Of a DNA stretch of 64,000 bases, positions 51,380 to 64,000 are shown piece after piece. The DNA is from Octopus sinensis. Its lineage: Eukaryota. Positions within the stretch are counted from its first letter, which is position 1; each line of letters begins with the position of its first letter. Below the pieces are notes generated by a model. That model saw nothing but the letters and a program-made list of their open reading frames with translations, was not told where the DNA came from and did not search any database. Both the position numbers and the translations under genes were made by a program. The DNA is taken from contig NC_043005.1 of assembly GCF_006345805.1 (NCBI RefSeq), positions 26,970,001 to 27,034,000 of the forward strand. The letters run 5' to 3'.

Positions 51380-51928
51380 CGAGGGTGAGTAAAAAAGTAA
51401 TGCCATTTTGTTTAGGACAGGTATAATTACCAACACAGGAACATGTATCATACATCAAAATGAAGCTGGTCCTCTGTCGATCACATCCCTACTTATCAAC
51501 ATAGTCACCATTTCTCTCAATAGCAATGTTCCACCTTCGAATGAGAGCATGTATCCCTGCCCCGTAAAATTCTGTTGACTGTTCTTTGAGCCACTTCTTC
51601 ACTACAGTTTTCACTTCCTTGTCACTGGAATAATGTTTGCCTCTCAAACCCTCTTTCATGGGGCCAAAGAGATGATAGTCCAGTGACAAAGAAGTGAAAA
51701 CTGTAGTGAAGAAGTGGCTCAAAGAACAGTCAACAGAATTTTGCGGGGCAGGGATACATGCTCCCATTCAAAGGTGGAACATTGCTATTGGGAGAAGCGG
51801 TGACTATGTTGAGAAGTAGGGATGTGATACACAGAGCACCAGCTTCATTTTGATGTATGATACATGTTCCTGTGTTGGTAAATATACCTGTCCTAAACAA
51901 AATGGCAATATTTTTTGACTCACCCTCA
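51380..51928. mobile_element. Mariner-derived foldback MITE, copy 2
   Basis: Inverted arms of about 250 bp at 51380-51629 and 51679-51928, with the same junction as copy 1. ORF 51489..51767 shows DYHLFGPMKEGLRGKHYSSD. Confidence 0.9.
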
Positions 51929-54337
51929 TTCATTTAAAGTTGTTTCAATTGTTTAAGAGTTTTTTTGTTTTTTTTACAGCTCATCTGGAATTCTGCAATA
52001 TCAGTGAATATCTTATCGTTTCCAACATACTAAGATACAAAGTTCATTCTGGCATGTGACAAATGGGTATTTGTTGTTAATGACAAGCCCTGGGAAGAGC
52101 AAAATATGTCTAACATGTCCATGAGTCACTATTGTGATGATGTTCATTTTGCTCTGATGTTATTGTTTTTATTACAGCATGTCTATCAAGAGATTTTCTC
52201 TCAGGTAACAATTACAGCAGTCTTTCTATGATGTAAATAAATTTATCATAATACACAGATGGTTATTTTAAATATTCCTCATTTCCTATGATTAAACATA
52301 TTGCAAAGTTGAGAGAAAAATGAAATCAGCTCAGTTTGTTCCTTCACAGTAGGTCAATGACAAGAAAATGCCCACCAACAGGAATCAAATCTGTTTCACA
52401 TAGACTTTAGAGTCAATTGTTTGTTATTCCACTACACTCCTCTATTGACCGAAAACTTGTAGTGAAACACGGAAATTGAAATTGTTGATAAGATGTCGTC
52501 ATAATGAGGTCAGATTTCAGTTTAGTCAGTTAAAATTAGAAATAATTTTACTCTAAACTCATTAACAAGGCTGATTAAATCATTTACTTTGGATAACATC
52601 TATATCCAGTGGAATAAATAAAATGATGTGGTTTCACAGTTTTTATATTCACGGTTCATACCCTACCAAGATCAACTTTCATTCCAGCCTTACTGGGTCG
52701 AGAAATCAAGTACTTATGAAGTACATGTATTAATACAACAGGTTGTTCCACCCACTAAAAATGTTCAGCCTTGCACTACAAGGATTTCATCACTGCTCTA
52801 TTTATTTGTATCACATGATAAGTCTATTTCATTCCAAGTATGTAAACTGGCCAATAAAAAAATTCAAAGAGTGTGATAATTGATAAAAAAATGATAAATT
52901 TTAATACTTATCAGAAACCACTCGTTTAATATACAAATTTAATTCTATGTAAAAAGAAATGAAGCAATTTTCTTTCTCAACTGAGATCACTTGCAGACAG
53001 ATAATGTGATTTTTTTCCATCAAATACTGAAATGGGGTAAGTTGCCAGATATGAAAACAAAACAGAGAGAACCATATACAAAAGACATACAGGTATTCCC
53101 AAAGGTCTACAATAATTCTAAAAGATGGTGCTGTTTTAGTGTTTTGAAAATATTCTATAAAACGGCAATTAAGTCAGTTTAATTATGAGTTAATAATAAC
53201 AGGTTCCCTTATTGGCTTATAAAGTATTATTTACATTATATATATGGAATCTCTCCAAATGTCAACACAAATTCTAAGATGTGCTGTTTTCAGAATTACG
53301 AAATATACCATAAAACAGCAATCAGTTGAATTAAGCTTAACCCATAAAGCTCTGGGATTTGCACTTACATAGCATGGACTGCTGGGCACATTTTATGAAA
53401 ATGAAACTACCATGCACACATAAAAAACAAAAAAAAATAGTTAAAATATCTTTTTAGTATATAATGGTGGCAAGTTTTACATAATCTGAAAATTCATTAG
53501 TTAAACTATTAGTCCTCTTGCATTCTGGGTGGTTTGAGTGACATTAGACCCCAACAAATGCCCATAAATTAAATGCATCTATCTGGGCCACGATAGTAAC
53601 CTGTCGACCTGTGCCTGGCAGTCACGATCGTGGCCGTCATGCTTAATGTGTTAATGGTCACTTTTGTAAAATGATGACATGTAAACCTGATGAATGTAAC
53701 ATGTTGTTTCTAGGTAGTCTCTTTTGCTTTCTACAAAAGATTGGTATATAGCTACATATCACGTAAAATGTTTAAATCAAAATCTGGAAACTTAATGAAA
53801 AACCATTTTAAAGGATAGTAAGGTCTTTTCCAAACCATGAATGTGACATGAACGTTACGTCTAGAGAAACGACACCAGATGGACTTTTGTCAGCAATTTT
53901 ACGTACTTACACCTCATTGATATGTGTGCGTACAGTGTGTAAGATCAATATTTGTGTCGTATTTGATTCTAGAAGTTTCCGTTTGTGTCTACGTATTTCT
54001 CTTAGATTATTTGTTGACGTTTTCTAGGAGGGGAATGGGTGGAAAAATACTTTTCGTACAACCATTCTATTTCAAGTTTTTCATTTTTTTTTTTTATCAA
54101 TTAAATAACCTCAGTACTTTCTTCAATTTGGCACTTATTTCATCGATCTCTATCGAATGGCTACGTTAAGATTTTCTTTTATAATTCGATACTATTTATC
54201 ATCCTATATGCTGTTCCATGTATTTTAACAAATAGCGAAAGTTTCTAGGCTTCGTCAATACAAGAAAGCTATGTTACTTTTTGTACATTTTTCGTTAGTA
54301 TTGATTTCATTTTTAATTACGATGCTCCAGTCAAGAT

Positions 54338-54370
<33 letters not shown>

Positions 54371-54371
54371 G

Positions 54372-54550
54372 TTACTCCAAACATGAACAAACACAACAAC
54401 GCGAGGACGTGGAACAAGTATAGTGTTATTGGACGCTCAGGAAAGGAAAGAAGGAGGATATAACGTTTCGTCAGAATCATCGAAAAAGGAAAGGTCCAAG
54501 GAAGGGAAGACGGAGAAAAAAAAATCGCCAACGATACACACGCGGTCACA
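54372..54550 (-). mobile_element. Probable Penelope-like fragment (family 4) between (TA)n tracts
   Basis: Layout resembles family 2. Minus strand CTGACGA-AACGTTA at 54461-54474 looks like an HHR that has lost stem II. Confidence 0.45.
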
Positions 54551-54558
54551 TATTGAAT

Positions 54559-54622
<64 letters not shown>

Positions 54623-55706
54623 GCATACATAAGTGTGTGCGTTTACAAGTTTGCTTTTTGTTGCTTTAAGAAATTGCATCTTTTCTTAAATTTTAATGCT
54701 GTTAGTAATTAAATACATAAGTGATCTAAATGATTTTTCACTTTTCGTAACAGACGTATTTTTAAAACGAGAACACCTATTTTTTTTTATTTAACCTCAA
54801 AGTAAAAAATAAACAAATTAGCTAAAGTAAACAATGTTTTTGTTTTCGTTTCGTTATTTCATGTAAACTATCAGAATACTATACATTCACACATTGATTG
54901 AGAACTCACGTCCTGAGTATTCGAAATTACACACATACATTATATATATATAGGTTAATATGGCATTCCTTCGATATAAGTCGACAAAATCAAAACATTT
55001 CGCTTCGGGTATTTCCGTGGGCTGTTGGAGTATAGATATAACGAAATTATGCCAGCAAAGTCTCATTTTAAACTTGGGGGGAAAAAAATCCTTGCATATT
55101 TGTTCTTACCTGTTTCATATGTGTATGTAAAATCCGCAAATTTCCAAGCAGAAAACAGAATCGAATTGTCATTTGCTTTCACGGCAAATAACCCTAAGTG
55201 AAATGTTTTGATTTTGTCGAGTAATATCGAAGAAATGCCGTTCATATAAAGATTGACTCCCATTAACGAAAAAAAAAAAAAAAGGCCACACACAAACACA
55301 CAGGACTTCTTTCAGTTCCTGTCAACGAAATCCACCCACGAGCCATTCGTCTGGCCAGGAATATAGAAGAAAACACTTGCCCAAGGTACCATGTAGTGGG
55401 GACTGGACCCAAGGCCACATGGTTGGGTAAACAAGCATCTTAACAACACAGCCATACCTGTGTGTAATATACACACATTCATACGTAGGTACGTGTGTAG
55501 ACACGGCGGCGAAGTAGGTTACCTGTAAATTGTCTATGTTCATTCATATCATAACCATAGACAAACTTCAAATAAACCTCGACCATTTTCACAATTCTCT
55601 ATCGACAAAACGTTTACAAATATTACAAAGGAATCAAGCAGACATAAACAGAAACTTCTAGAAAAACAAACACGCCACAAATATTGCCCAACCCCAAAGC
55701 TCACAT

Positions 55707-55760
<54 letters not shown>

Positions 55761-55762
<2 letters not shown>

Positions 55763-55923
55763 CGAAGAGATGGTGTTGTGAATTTCCACTTCGGCATCTG
55801 AAACTCTCAGAGTTTTATCTTGACTATTGAGTAATGTAACATATTATTTTATAGATAAATTTCCTCTATTTACATAATATTGAGGTCTCTTTCTTTCTGT
55901 TGTTATCTTACCGTTTTCACCAA
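55761..55923 (+). mobile_element. Probable Penelope-like fragment (family 5) between (TA)n tracts
   Basis: cGAAGA-GATG...CATC-t-GAAA-CTCT-c-AGAG-tt at 55763-55814 is an HHR-like layout, 5'-truncated by the TA repeat. Confidence 0.4.
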
Positions 55924-56085
55924 TATATATATATAATGAATATTGTACATACCAAGAAATGTTTGTATATTATTAGCATGTCAGAGGTATAAATACATTA
56001 TAAATTTTATCAGAAGTATATAAATATGACATATATATTATAAATATTTATACGTATATACGTGTATTTAATTCCATTTACTAAC

Positions 56086-56141
56086 CTTTCTCCAGTGTAG
56101 ATCAACACACCATAATTACAATGTGCTGTGTTCAGAGACAT
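56086..56141 (-). CDS. WBP2: WBP2-family (WW domain-binding protein 2) coding exon 1 of 7
   Basis: ATG at 56141 encodes MSLNTAHCNYGVLIYTGE+AG, followed by donor gttag. Resembles the WBP2 N-terminus. Phase 2 joins exon 2 in frame. An acceptor (ttatgcag) 2 nt before the ATG implies an upstream 5'UTR exon. Confidence 0.9.
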
Positions 56142-56394
56142 TGCTGCATAACACAACCTTCGACCAACAAGAGATTTGCTATATATTTATATATATATGA
56201 TGTATATACATATAATGTATATAAAAGTATGAAACACACCCAGAAATACTTGCGCTTGCGTCAGTGTGTCTATGTGTATCACAATATATGTGTGTAATAC
56301 CAATGACGCAGTTACAGCTGTTCACGTGACCTATCTCATGTGGTTCAGACACAACTGTTTATTACACTGACTCTTGATTATTAACTAATTGAGC

Positions 56395-56397
56395 ACA

Positions 56398-56486
<89 letters not shown>

Positions 56487-57650
56487 TTATTTTAAAGTAC
56501 GTTTAAGAATAACAAAGCATATTCTGATGGTTGACAACTGAGAATTGATTTCAAGTTGATCGTTTTGTGTGTGTATATATATATATACATAGACACACAA
56601 AATGATAAATAAAGATTCATCATTCACACACAAACATGCATTCACATATATACATATATATATAAACATGTATTTATTACATATGAAATGGAGTAAATGA
56701 CAATTATTTTGAAAAAGCATTAAAAATATCTTCACTTTAAATGTAATCCTGATGCAAAATAGTAGAGTTACCTCCCCTTTTCTCACACACACACATATAT
56801 ACACACTCTCTCTTTCTCTCTCTATGTATCTATCTCTATTTCTCTCTTTCACTGCTCTTTCCAGTTTAATTCACTCATTTCTAATCTTATTTCTTCTTTC
56901 TTTTTCTCTCTCTACTCATTCAAGTTCCTATCGTGTCTCTTACTGATTTAATTCTCATTTCTTACTCATCTTTTAATCCAGTCCTTCTCTTTACTTCATT
57001 GACATCTACCAAGCACTCTTCCTTTTCTTTTAATCTCACTCTCTCACCTTTTCTTATTATCATCATTTACTTAACCCTTCCCCTAGCCTTTCTTCTTTTT
57101 CTATGTCTTTTCTTTTCCTATTTTATCTTTCTCTCTCTTTTCATTTCCTCACACGTTACTCTCTAGTCTTCCCGTAGTTCAAAAGCTTTTACATCTTGCT
57201 GTCTTTCTCTCTCTCTCTCTCTCTCTTTCTATCTCTATCTCATACCTCCTTTCTTGCTCTTATTTTCCCTCCTTTATACTCTTAATCTCCTCTCTTTCTT
57301 TAACCATCTCCCTCTCGTCTCTTTTCATTTCCTCTAAGCATCTCTACACCTTTCTCTTTCTCTCGTATTATCTTATATTCCTTCTCTCTGTCTCTTGCTT
57401 CGTACGTCTATCATCCTCTCCTTCTTTCTCCCCCTCTCATTTAGCCTTCTTTCCCTTTCATTCCTCCCCTTCATTCTCTCTTACGTAAACACTATCCATT
57501 TCTCATCTCCCTTCTATTTTCTTACATCCCTACCTTTCATTTCTCCCTCTGTTTCCTTTCCTTCTCTCATCTTACTTTTACTCTATCTTTCCCTTCCCCT
57601 CTCAAATACAATGCTATGATTCTCAAGTCCCTCTCACCTCATCTCATCTT
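56395..57650. repeat. (TA)n tract and CT-rich polypyrimidine region of about 850 bp
   Basis: Seen directly at 56407-56476 and about 56795-57650. Confidence 0.9.
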
Positions 57651-57652
57651 AC

Positions 57653-58806
57653 CTTTTTACTTTCATGCTTCTCATCCCACCTCCTCCTCCTTTATTACCA
57701 TCACTCAACAACATGCAGCAGCAGTATTCATTGTACCAAGGGAAGCTAACGGTGTAAAGTGAATCCATGTAACCTAAGTGTACTTGGTACGTCTTCATAG
57801 CAACGGCTGAGACAGAGCTGTTGTAACATTTTACCTTTCTTAACACAGTATCGCATCAGAATATTTATTATACCATTTCAAAGTAGAAGACACACAGACA
57901 CTCACACAACAAAAAATTCTAATCAGTTCTTTAATATTTTCTCTTTCATTCATCTGCAGTTTATAAAATAAGTACAGTGATATGCTAAAATGTATAGTCT
58001 TGTTTCTATATTAGAAATCATAATTATTAACAAGTAAATAGATTGACAGCAAATCTAAAGTAGCGAACGAAAACAAAAATGCTTGGCGGCATTTAAATAC
58101 GTTCCCAGTTGAAATTCCATCAGGGTCGACTTCACCTTTATCTTTCACTTTGGGGCAGTCGGTAAAATGACGTTGCGAGTCGATTTAATCTTCTACAACA
58201 CACCTTTCCCAAAGTGCGTGGCTTTTTGTACCGTTATGTAAGATATTGGTAAGTGAAGCCCGGTTTTCGATGCTTAAATCACACAGTCTTATGTTTGTGT
58301 TGTTTCTCTGTAAAAAGAAAGCTGGGGACGTCGCACCTTGTCGACCATGCTTGGCCATTCTCCAATAACAAAAGATGTTAGCAAGTAGAGAGGAAGGAGG
58401 ATGAGAAGACGCAGCAGCAGCGAAAGACGAATAACGTTAAAGAAATAACGGATTGTATATTTATTTCTCTGCTCTCTTGATTTTGCTATTTGGTTCTCGT
58501 TTTGTGATGCATGTAATTTACGAAGATTGGCTGTATAAAAAGAAAAGATCTGAAGAAAGACAGAATCATATATATTTTTAAAAATCGAAAACATTTCGTT
58601 GAAGATGCTGTGATGCTGGTGACAGCTTCGAGTTTTGTCCGATGGAAGTTTTAAGTTTGCTGGTGGTGCTGAAGCGAAAACAAACAAAGAAGCTTAGAGG
58701 TGATCCTTTGTGTTGTTGTCGTTCTGTCGTCTCTTCAAATTAACTGAGTAAAGGAATGAATGAACGGTTTCTTTGATCAATCGGCGAGGTTGGCATTCTA
58801 AGAAAA

Positions 58807-58837
<31 letters not shown>
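57653..58837. promoter_or_regulatory. Probable bidirectional promoter and 5'UTR region between WBP2 and the divergent gene
   Basis: Divergent ATGs lie about 2.7 kb apart and CpGs are retained here. A minus-strand donor (aaaaag|gtaaga) at 57653 is a candidate end of a WBP2 5'UTR exon. TSS positions cannot be read from the sequence. Confidence 0.5.
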
Positions 58838-58838
<1 letters not shown>

Positions 58839-59300
58839 TGTCCACCCAAACAATGAACGATTGTACCATGTCTGACTACTACAACAGTAACAACAATTAC
58901 GATGTCAATGACCCGAGTCCAGCTTATATGATGCCACCACCAACACCACCGCCGCCTCCGTCACCACCTCCACTACCGACCACTACTTCGACAACATTAA
59001 ATTGTCGTACATCATCGACATCAACAACAGCAGCGACAACAACAAATAGTAATTCGAACACTAGCAACGTCTGTCGTGCCATCGGACGGGGCAGATGTTG
59101 TCGCGACAGTTGCAGTCAAAGATGCCGCGGATGGAAAATCGAAGAACCTGGCGGACCGAAACTCTGGCGACAAATGGTCATCGGGTTTGTGAGTGCCGCT
59201 TGTGTTGGACTTATCATGTTCTCGTTAGGGAGTATCTTTATTTCTGAGGCTGTTCGGTCACGTATATCTATCACTATTATGCTCTGTATCATGGGAATGG
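58838..59300 (+). CDS. First coding exon of an unidentified membrane protein, divergent from WBP2
   Basis: 154 open codons plus 1 nt from aaatATG to a consensus donor G|gtaagt. Pro/Thr/Asn-rich N-terminus, a Cys cluster, then two hydrophobic segments (MVIGFVSAACVGLIMFSLGSIFI; ISITIMLCIMGMG). Downstream exons were not confidently found. Confidence 0.72.
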
Positions 59301-61943
59301 GTAAGTACATGTGATTATTACTTTCTCTTTCCCTACCTGTCTACCTTTTCATGCATCTATGTTTATGTATCTACCATCTACCTCTCTGCATACGTGTGTG
59401 TGTCTACAGTTCAGACACGTATGTAGAGTCTGTGCACTGATCAGTCTGTTTATGTAGCTTTCTGTTTCCCTACCTATATATCCTTATAATTTGTCCATAT
59501 ATCCATATAAATTATCTCTATGTATTTGTACGATTGCGTAATTATGTCAGTGTTTTACTCTATCATTTCGTTCATTTGTATTTGTCTTATTCGAGCTTCA
59601 CCAACTCAAAATGAGTGTGTGTTTAGTTATATCTGTGTTTATCTATCTATCTTTTTATCTATCTCTACTATATATATATAGTTGGAATTTATATATATAT
59701 ATAGAGAGAGAGAGAAAGAGAGTTATGCCTCTATGGTGTGTGTCGCTCAAATAACTCTACTGTCTTAAAAATGGAAAGGACACGTTAGACTATATAGTTC
59801 TAGCCTGCCCTTTATCACTAGATCAAGTCTAAGCAGTGTAAGACTGGCAGATAAGGAGAACACAGGCAAGTCACACAGACAATGTAGTTTCATTGAAGTT
59901 TGTTTAGACTGCCTCTTCTTTCTTTACCTGATTCTAACGGTAAATAAAGATAGCAGCCACGAGGGAGCCTATATGTGGTCGCTATGACTGCTAGAAATTG
60001 CATTGAAATCCTCTTTAAATCACATCCCGCCGTCTTAAAATGGGACACATCAGATAATGTAAGTCTGGCGGGGTTCAATAGCTTGGGAAGAGACAGCATA
60101 GCCATGGTTGAATGATTTTGATTATTGTTTCTGCATGATCGGAGCTGACCTAGAACTATTGCAGCGCAACAACAGTAGCTTATAAGATAAATAAATATGT
60201 TTTCGTTTTGAAGATGCTTTTCTTTACATTTGTTGTAAATATTTTTTTGGTTTTTGTGTATTTAAATCGTTACCGCCTGGTTCTGAGTTCGTGTTAAGGT
60301 TTTTACTTTTAAATCTCTTCAGTTGAAACGGTTTCGAACACCCCCGCCGCCGCCGTCACCACAGTTTCTCACCCCCGCTTCTACCACCCCCATCAACACT
60401 ATCTTACACAGGTAATGCAGAAGCCTTTGTGCAGTCGCTTGACGTGTCAGAAAGAAACAGCAGCCGAAACTCCCTCTCAAGTCATTCTCTGTCGTCTTAA
60501 TTAGGGAACAGGCACATTGGAGAATGTAATCTTACATACACTCCTTCCCTAAAAAGGACGGGGGTGGTCGCAACCGATTGATCTTTGATCATGGACCTGA
60601 TTGATGGTGACAGAACAAACGTTGGGGTGCTTTTGTAACTTGATTGACGGAAATCATCACACTCCTCACCACCACCAATGTCATCGTCGTCGTCATCATC
60701 ATTTTCATCTTATCATTACCTTTATCAACACGATCGCAGTAATTACAAAACCGGTAGCGAACCGCACTAAATACTTGCTGTATTTTAAATTTCCCTTCTT
60801 TCATCATCCAACTTCAAATCCCACCAGTTTTTTAATTGGGATTTCGATACCCCTGTTGTCAATAAAATAACTCCCGGTCAGTGTACAGAGGGCTTGCATA
60901 CTCTAATGACCTTCTTTTGATTGTCGGAGATCGTTACTTTGTTATATAATTACTGTCGTGTTGTTGTATATTTTTCATAGGTAAAACGGAGTGTTGTGGC
61001 GTTCATGCTTTTACCATACTTGTGTTGCAGAGTTCAGATTAATGAAAACTTTGCGATGTCACGGCAATTTTACTTTGTCTTTTCCTCGAAACGGTTGATT
61101 CCTCTCTCTTGGAATACTTTTTGTCACGTTCATTGAAATGTGAGAGAAGAAAAATCATTGAACCAACCCAGTCTTCGGCAATACTGTTCTGATTCACCGT
61201 GTATTTCAATGAGGAAAGAAAAGGGGCATGGTTTTCAACATGGAATTGAAAGTGTGTCGCGAGAATCAACGCTTCCATTGTCCTATCTCTTACCAGGGGC
61301 TCTATTTCGAACACGCACTCATAAATAGCCTCAATTCAACCCTGAGCAGTATCCGATTTTTCGCCTAATCTGGCCTTCTCTTATTTGAGACTGTAAGATA
61401 CGTGGTTATAGGAAATTCAGGTGCTGTTTCTGGCAAACTGACCGACCTCAAAAAGATTTCCCTGTTACCTCAGTTGAGTGTTAGTTGTGACATTTTGCGG
61501 TAAAATTTCAGTAACTATTTTGTAAGGAGAAACCTTCTGCTCTGGAACTGTCGTTACACGTGGGTCTGACATAAAGAAAACAATTGGAAAATCTCTCAGC
61601 ATTTGTTAGACAGTTGCGTGGCCTCTGTTCCTTATAATATGCAGAACTAAGAAAGCCTTGTGCAGACTACAGTTGTCGTCATCATCATCCACAATATCAT
61701 ACCAGATTTAATAATAATAATAATAATAATAATCCTGTCTACTAAAGGCACAAAGCTTGAAATGGGCGGGGGGCTAGTTGATTGCATCGACCCCAGTGCT
61801 CAACTGGTACTTACTTCATTGACCCCGAAAGGATGAAAGTTAAAGTCGACCTTGGCGGAATTTGGACCGAGAACGTAAAAACGGACAGAATGCCACAAAG
61901 CATTTTGCCCAGCGTGCTAACGATTCTGCCAGCTTGCCACCTT

Positions 61944-61975
<32 letters not shown>

Positions 61976-63412
61976 GCTTCAACTTTTGGTTCAGACCAGT
62001 AATTTTAAGGGAGGTGGCAAGTTGATTACATTGACCCTATTGTTCAATCAGTATTTACTTTATTGACCCTGAAAGGAGGAAAGGCAAAGTCAACCCCCAC
62101 CAGCAACATTTGAACTCAGAACGTAAAAATGGACAAAATGCTACAAGACATTTCCCCCAATGTGCTAACGATTTTGCTACATATTTTGTGGGCTGTTGTA
62201 ATCAAAATAGTAATAATTAATTATTAATTTTAAGGCAAAAGTTGTAATTAATATTAATTTTTGATTTTTTAAATTATTATTATTTAATTTAAGATTTATA
62301 TCGAAAGTATACAGTTGACATTATTGACCTTGGTGTCATTATGATCATTGTTATTCAACATCCGTTTTCAGTGCTGGCATGGGTTGGACAGTTTGACAAG
62401 AGCTGTCCAGACTCCATATCATCTGCTGTGGCAGGGTTTCTACAGCTGGATGCCCTTCCTTATGCCAGCCACTTTACAGAGTGTGCTGGGTGCTTTTTAC
62501 ATGCCTAGTATTTTTTTTAGTGACTTCACCAAGAAGGTGTAAGTCTGGATATGAACTTGGGTTGTAAAGAGAGATAGAATTAAATCAGTCCTACTCGTTT
62601 CTCTACTGATTTTTGTCAACTAACAACCAGAGCCTTCAAGAGAAATTTGGCAAGGCTGAACAAGCCTACTTTCAAAACTTAGGAAGAAGCAGTGGACTTC
62701 TTGAAATTCTAAAGGGCTGTGAGATTTTTCTCTTTTTTCATTTATAGAGGAGGGCCCAGCATCTAGTTATGGACCTCTTGTGATTCTGGATACACCACTT
62801 GAAATCTCACCTTAAAGGTCTTGCCAACACCTATTCTCCAGGACGGGTACAAGGCCCACAAATTTGAGAAAGGCGTATACTCAATTATACAAAACTCTAG
62901 TATGTGACATGTTTTCATTTAGTGACCCTTAAAGAGTTAGAGATAAAGTTAACCTTGGCTGAATTTGAACTAAGAACATCTAGAGCTGTAGCAAGATATT
63001 GTTCTGTTGATTCTGCCTACAGTCATCTTGATCATCATTATCATTTAATGTCCATCTTCCATGCATCCATGGGTAGGGTGGTTGATAGGAGCTGACCAGG
63101 TAGAAATCTACCCTAGGCTACTGTGACCATTTTGTCAGGGTTTTTACAGCTGGATTATTTCTTACATAGGGTCAGGGCAAAAATCAACTGTCATTTATTT
63201 CATCCCCAGTACTAAACTGGTATTATTTTATCAACTCCAGGAGGATGAATGGCAAAATTGACCTTGGCAGGATTTGAACTAAGAATATGAAGAACCAGGA
63301 CAAATACTGCAAGACATGTAATGATTCTGCCAAACCATTGCTCAATCAAAATAATCTTTTTCTAACTTAGACTGAGGGCCAGAAACTTTTTGACAGGTTG
63401 GGATTTTCTTGA

Positions 63413-63784
63413 TTAACTCTTGATACCATCTTACCAGAGACTGCCCTGTTTCTCTGATACAAATTTCATGCTTTAAACTGATCTAAATGAAAATCTTCCA
63501 TCAAAGTTTCATGGCAATTTATATTTCAAACACCAGTCTAATAATAACAAAGTTATATTACTAAATTCTTCATTATTTTCAAACTTAATTCAAAGAAATG
63601 GCAGTATATTTCAACCGAAATCATCATATCATCATCATTGTTTAACTTCCGTTTTCCATGCTGGCATGGGTTGGACAGTTTGCCTGCGGACTGGAGAGCC
63701 AGATGGTTGCACCAGGCTCCAATCTGACCTGGCAACGTTTCTACAGGTGGATGTCCTTCCTAATGCCGAGAGTGAAAGAGTTAA
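63413..63784. mobile_element. Diverged piggyBac-type MITE interrupted by an RTE-tail repeat
   Basis: Ends are ttaactctt...aaagagttaa. The interior resembles 43495-43838, with an insertion at about 63625-63770. Confidence 0.6.
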
Positions 63785-64000
63785 ACAATTTCCAATCCTT
63801 AACTGTTAATTTATATTTTTCACCCCAGGAGGGATTAAATAATGTTATTGTTATTGCCATTAGCAAGAAACAAGCTGGCAGAACCATTAGAGAGCTGGAA
63901 AAAAAATTGCTTAGCAGCTTATCTTTTCACTCTTTCCATTCTGAGTTCAAATACTGCCAAGGTCAACTTTGCCTTTCATCATTTTGGGGTCAATGAAATA

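Noticed and set aside
57649-57846. ORF that might extend the WBP2 N-terminus through the donor at 57653
   Set aside because: Splicing to 56143 puts it out of frame, and the in-frame reading has a TAA just before the donor. At most it is 5'UTR or a uORF.
60981-61041. Possible exon 2 of the divergent gene (also 62631-62720)
   Set aside because: Both hit stop codons in the required phase without a convincing donor.

Overview
AT-rich, repeat-dense animal genomic DNA. The microsatellite load and SINE repertoire suggest an octopus or other coleoid cephalopod (inference). The main gene is a complete WBP2-family gene on the minus strand: 7 coding exons at 56141..25874, 244 aa, a GRAM-like N-terminus and four PPxY motifs. 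It lies head-to-head with the first exon of an unidentified membrane-protein gene (58838..59300, +). A weaker spliced minus-strand transcript may start near 20.8 kb. The rest is mobile DNA: tRNA/CORE/Nin-type SINEs, RTE, CR1 and Tx1 LINE remnants, an ORF1-only Tx1-like element between LTR-like repeats, Tc1/mariner, pogo, hAT and piggyBac MITEs, and mariner foldback palindromes. The most notable signal is several families of short non-coding Penelope-like elements (PLEs) carrying minimal type I hammerhead ribozyme (HHR) motifs. Two of these families are inserted as asymmetric palindromes with 9-15 bp TSDs and a one-sided 3' tail that closes a multibranch RNA fold. Most ORFs in the track are microsatellite or SINE artefacts. 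All family assignments come from recalled consensus motifs; no database searches were run.
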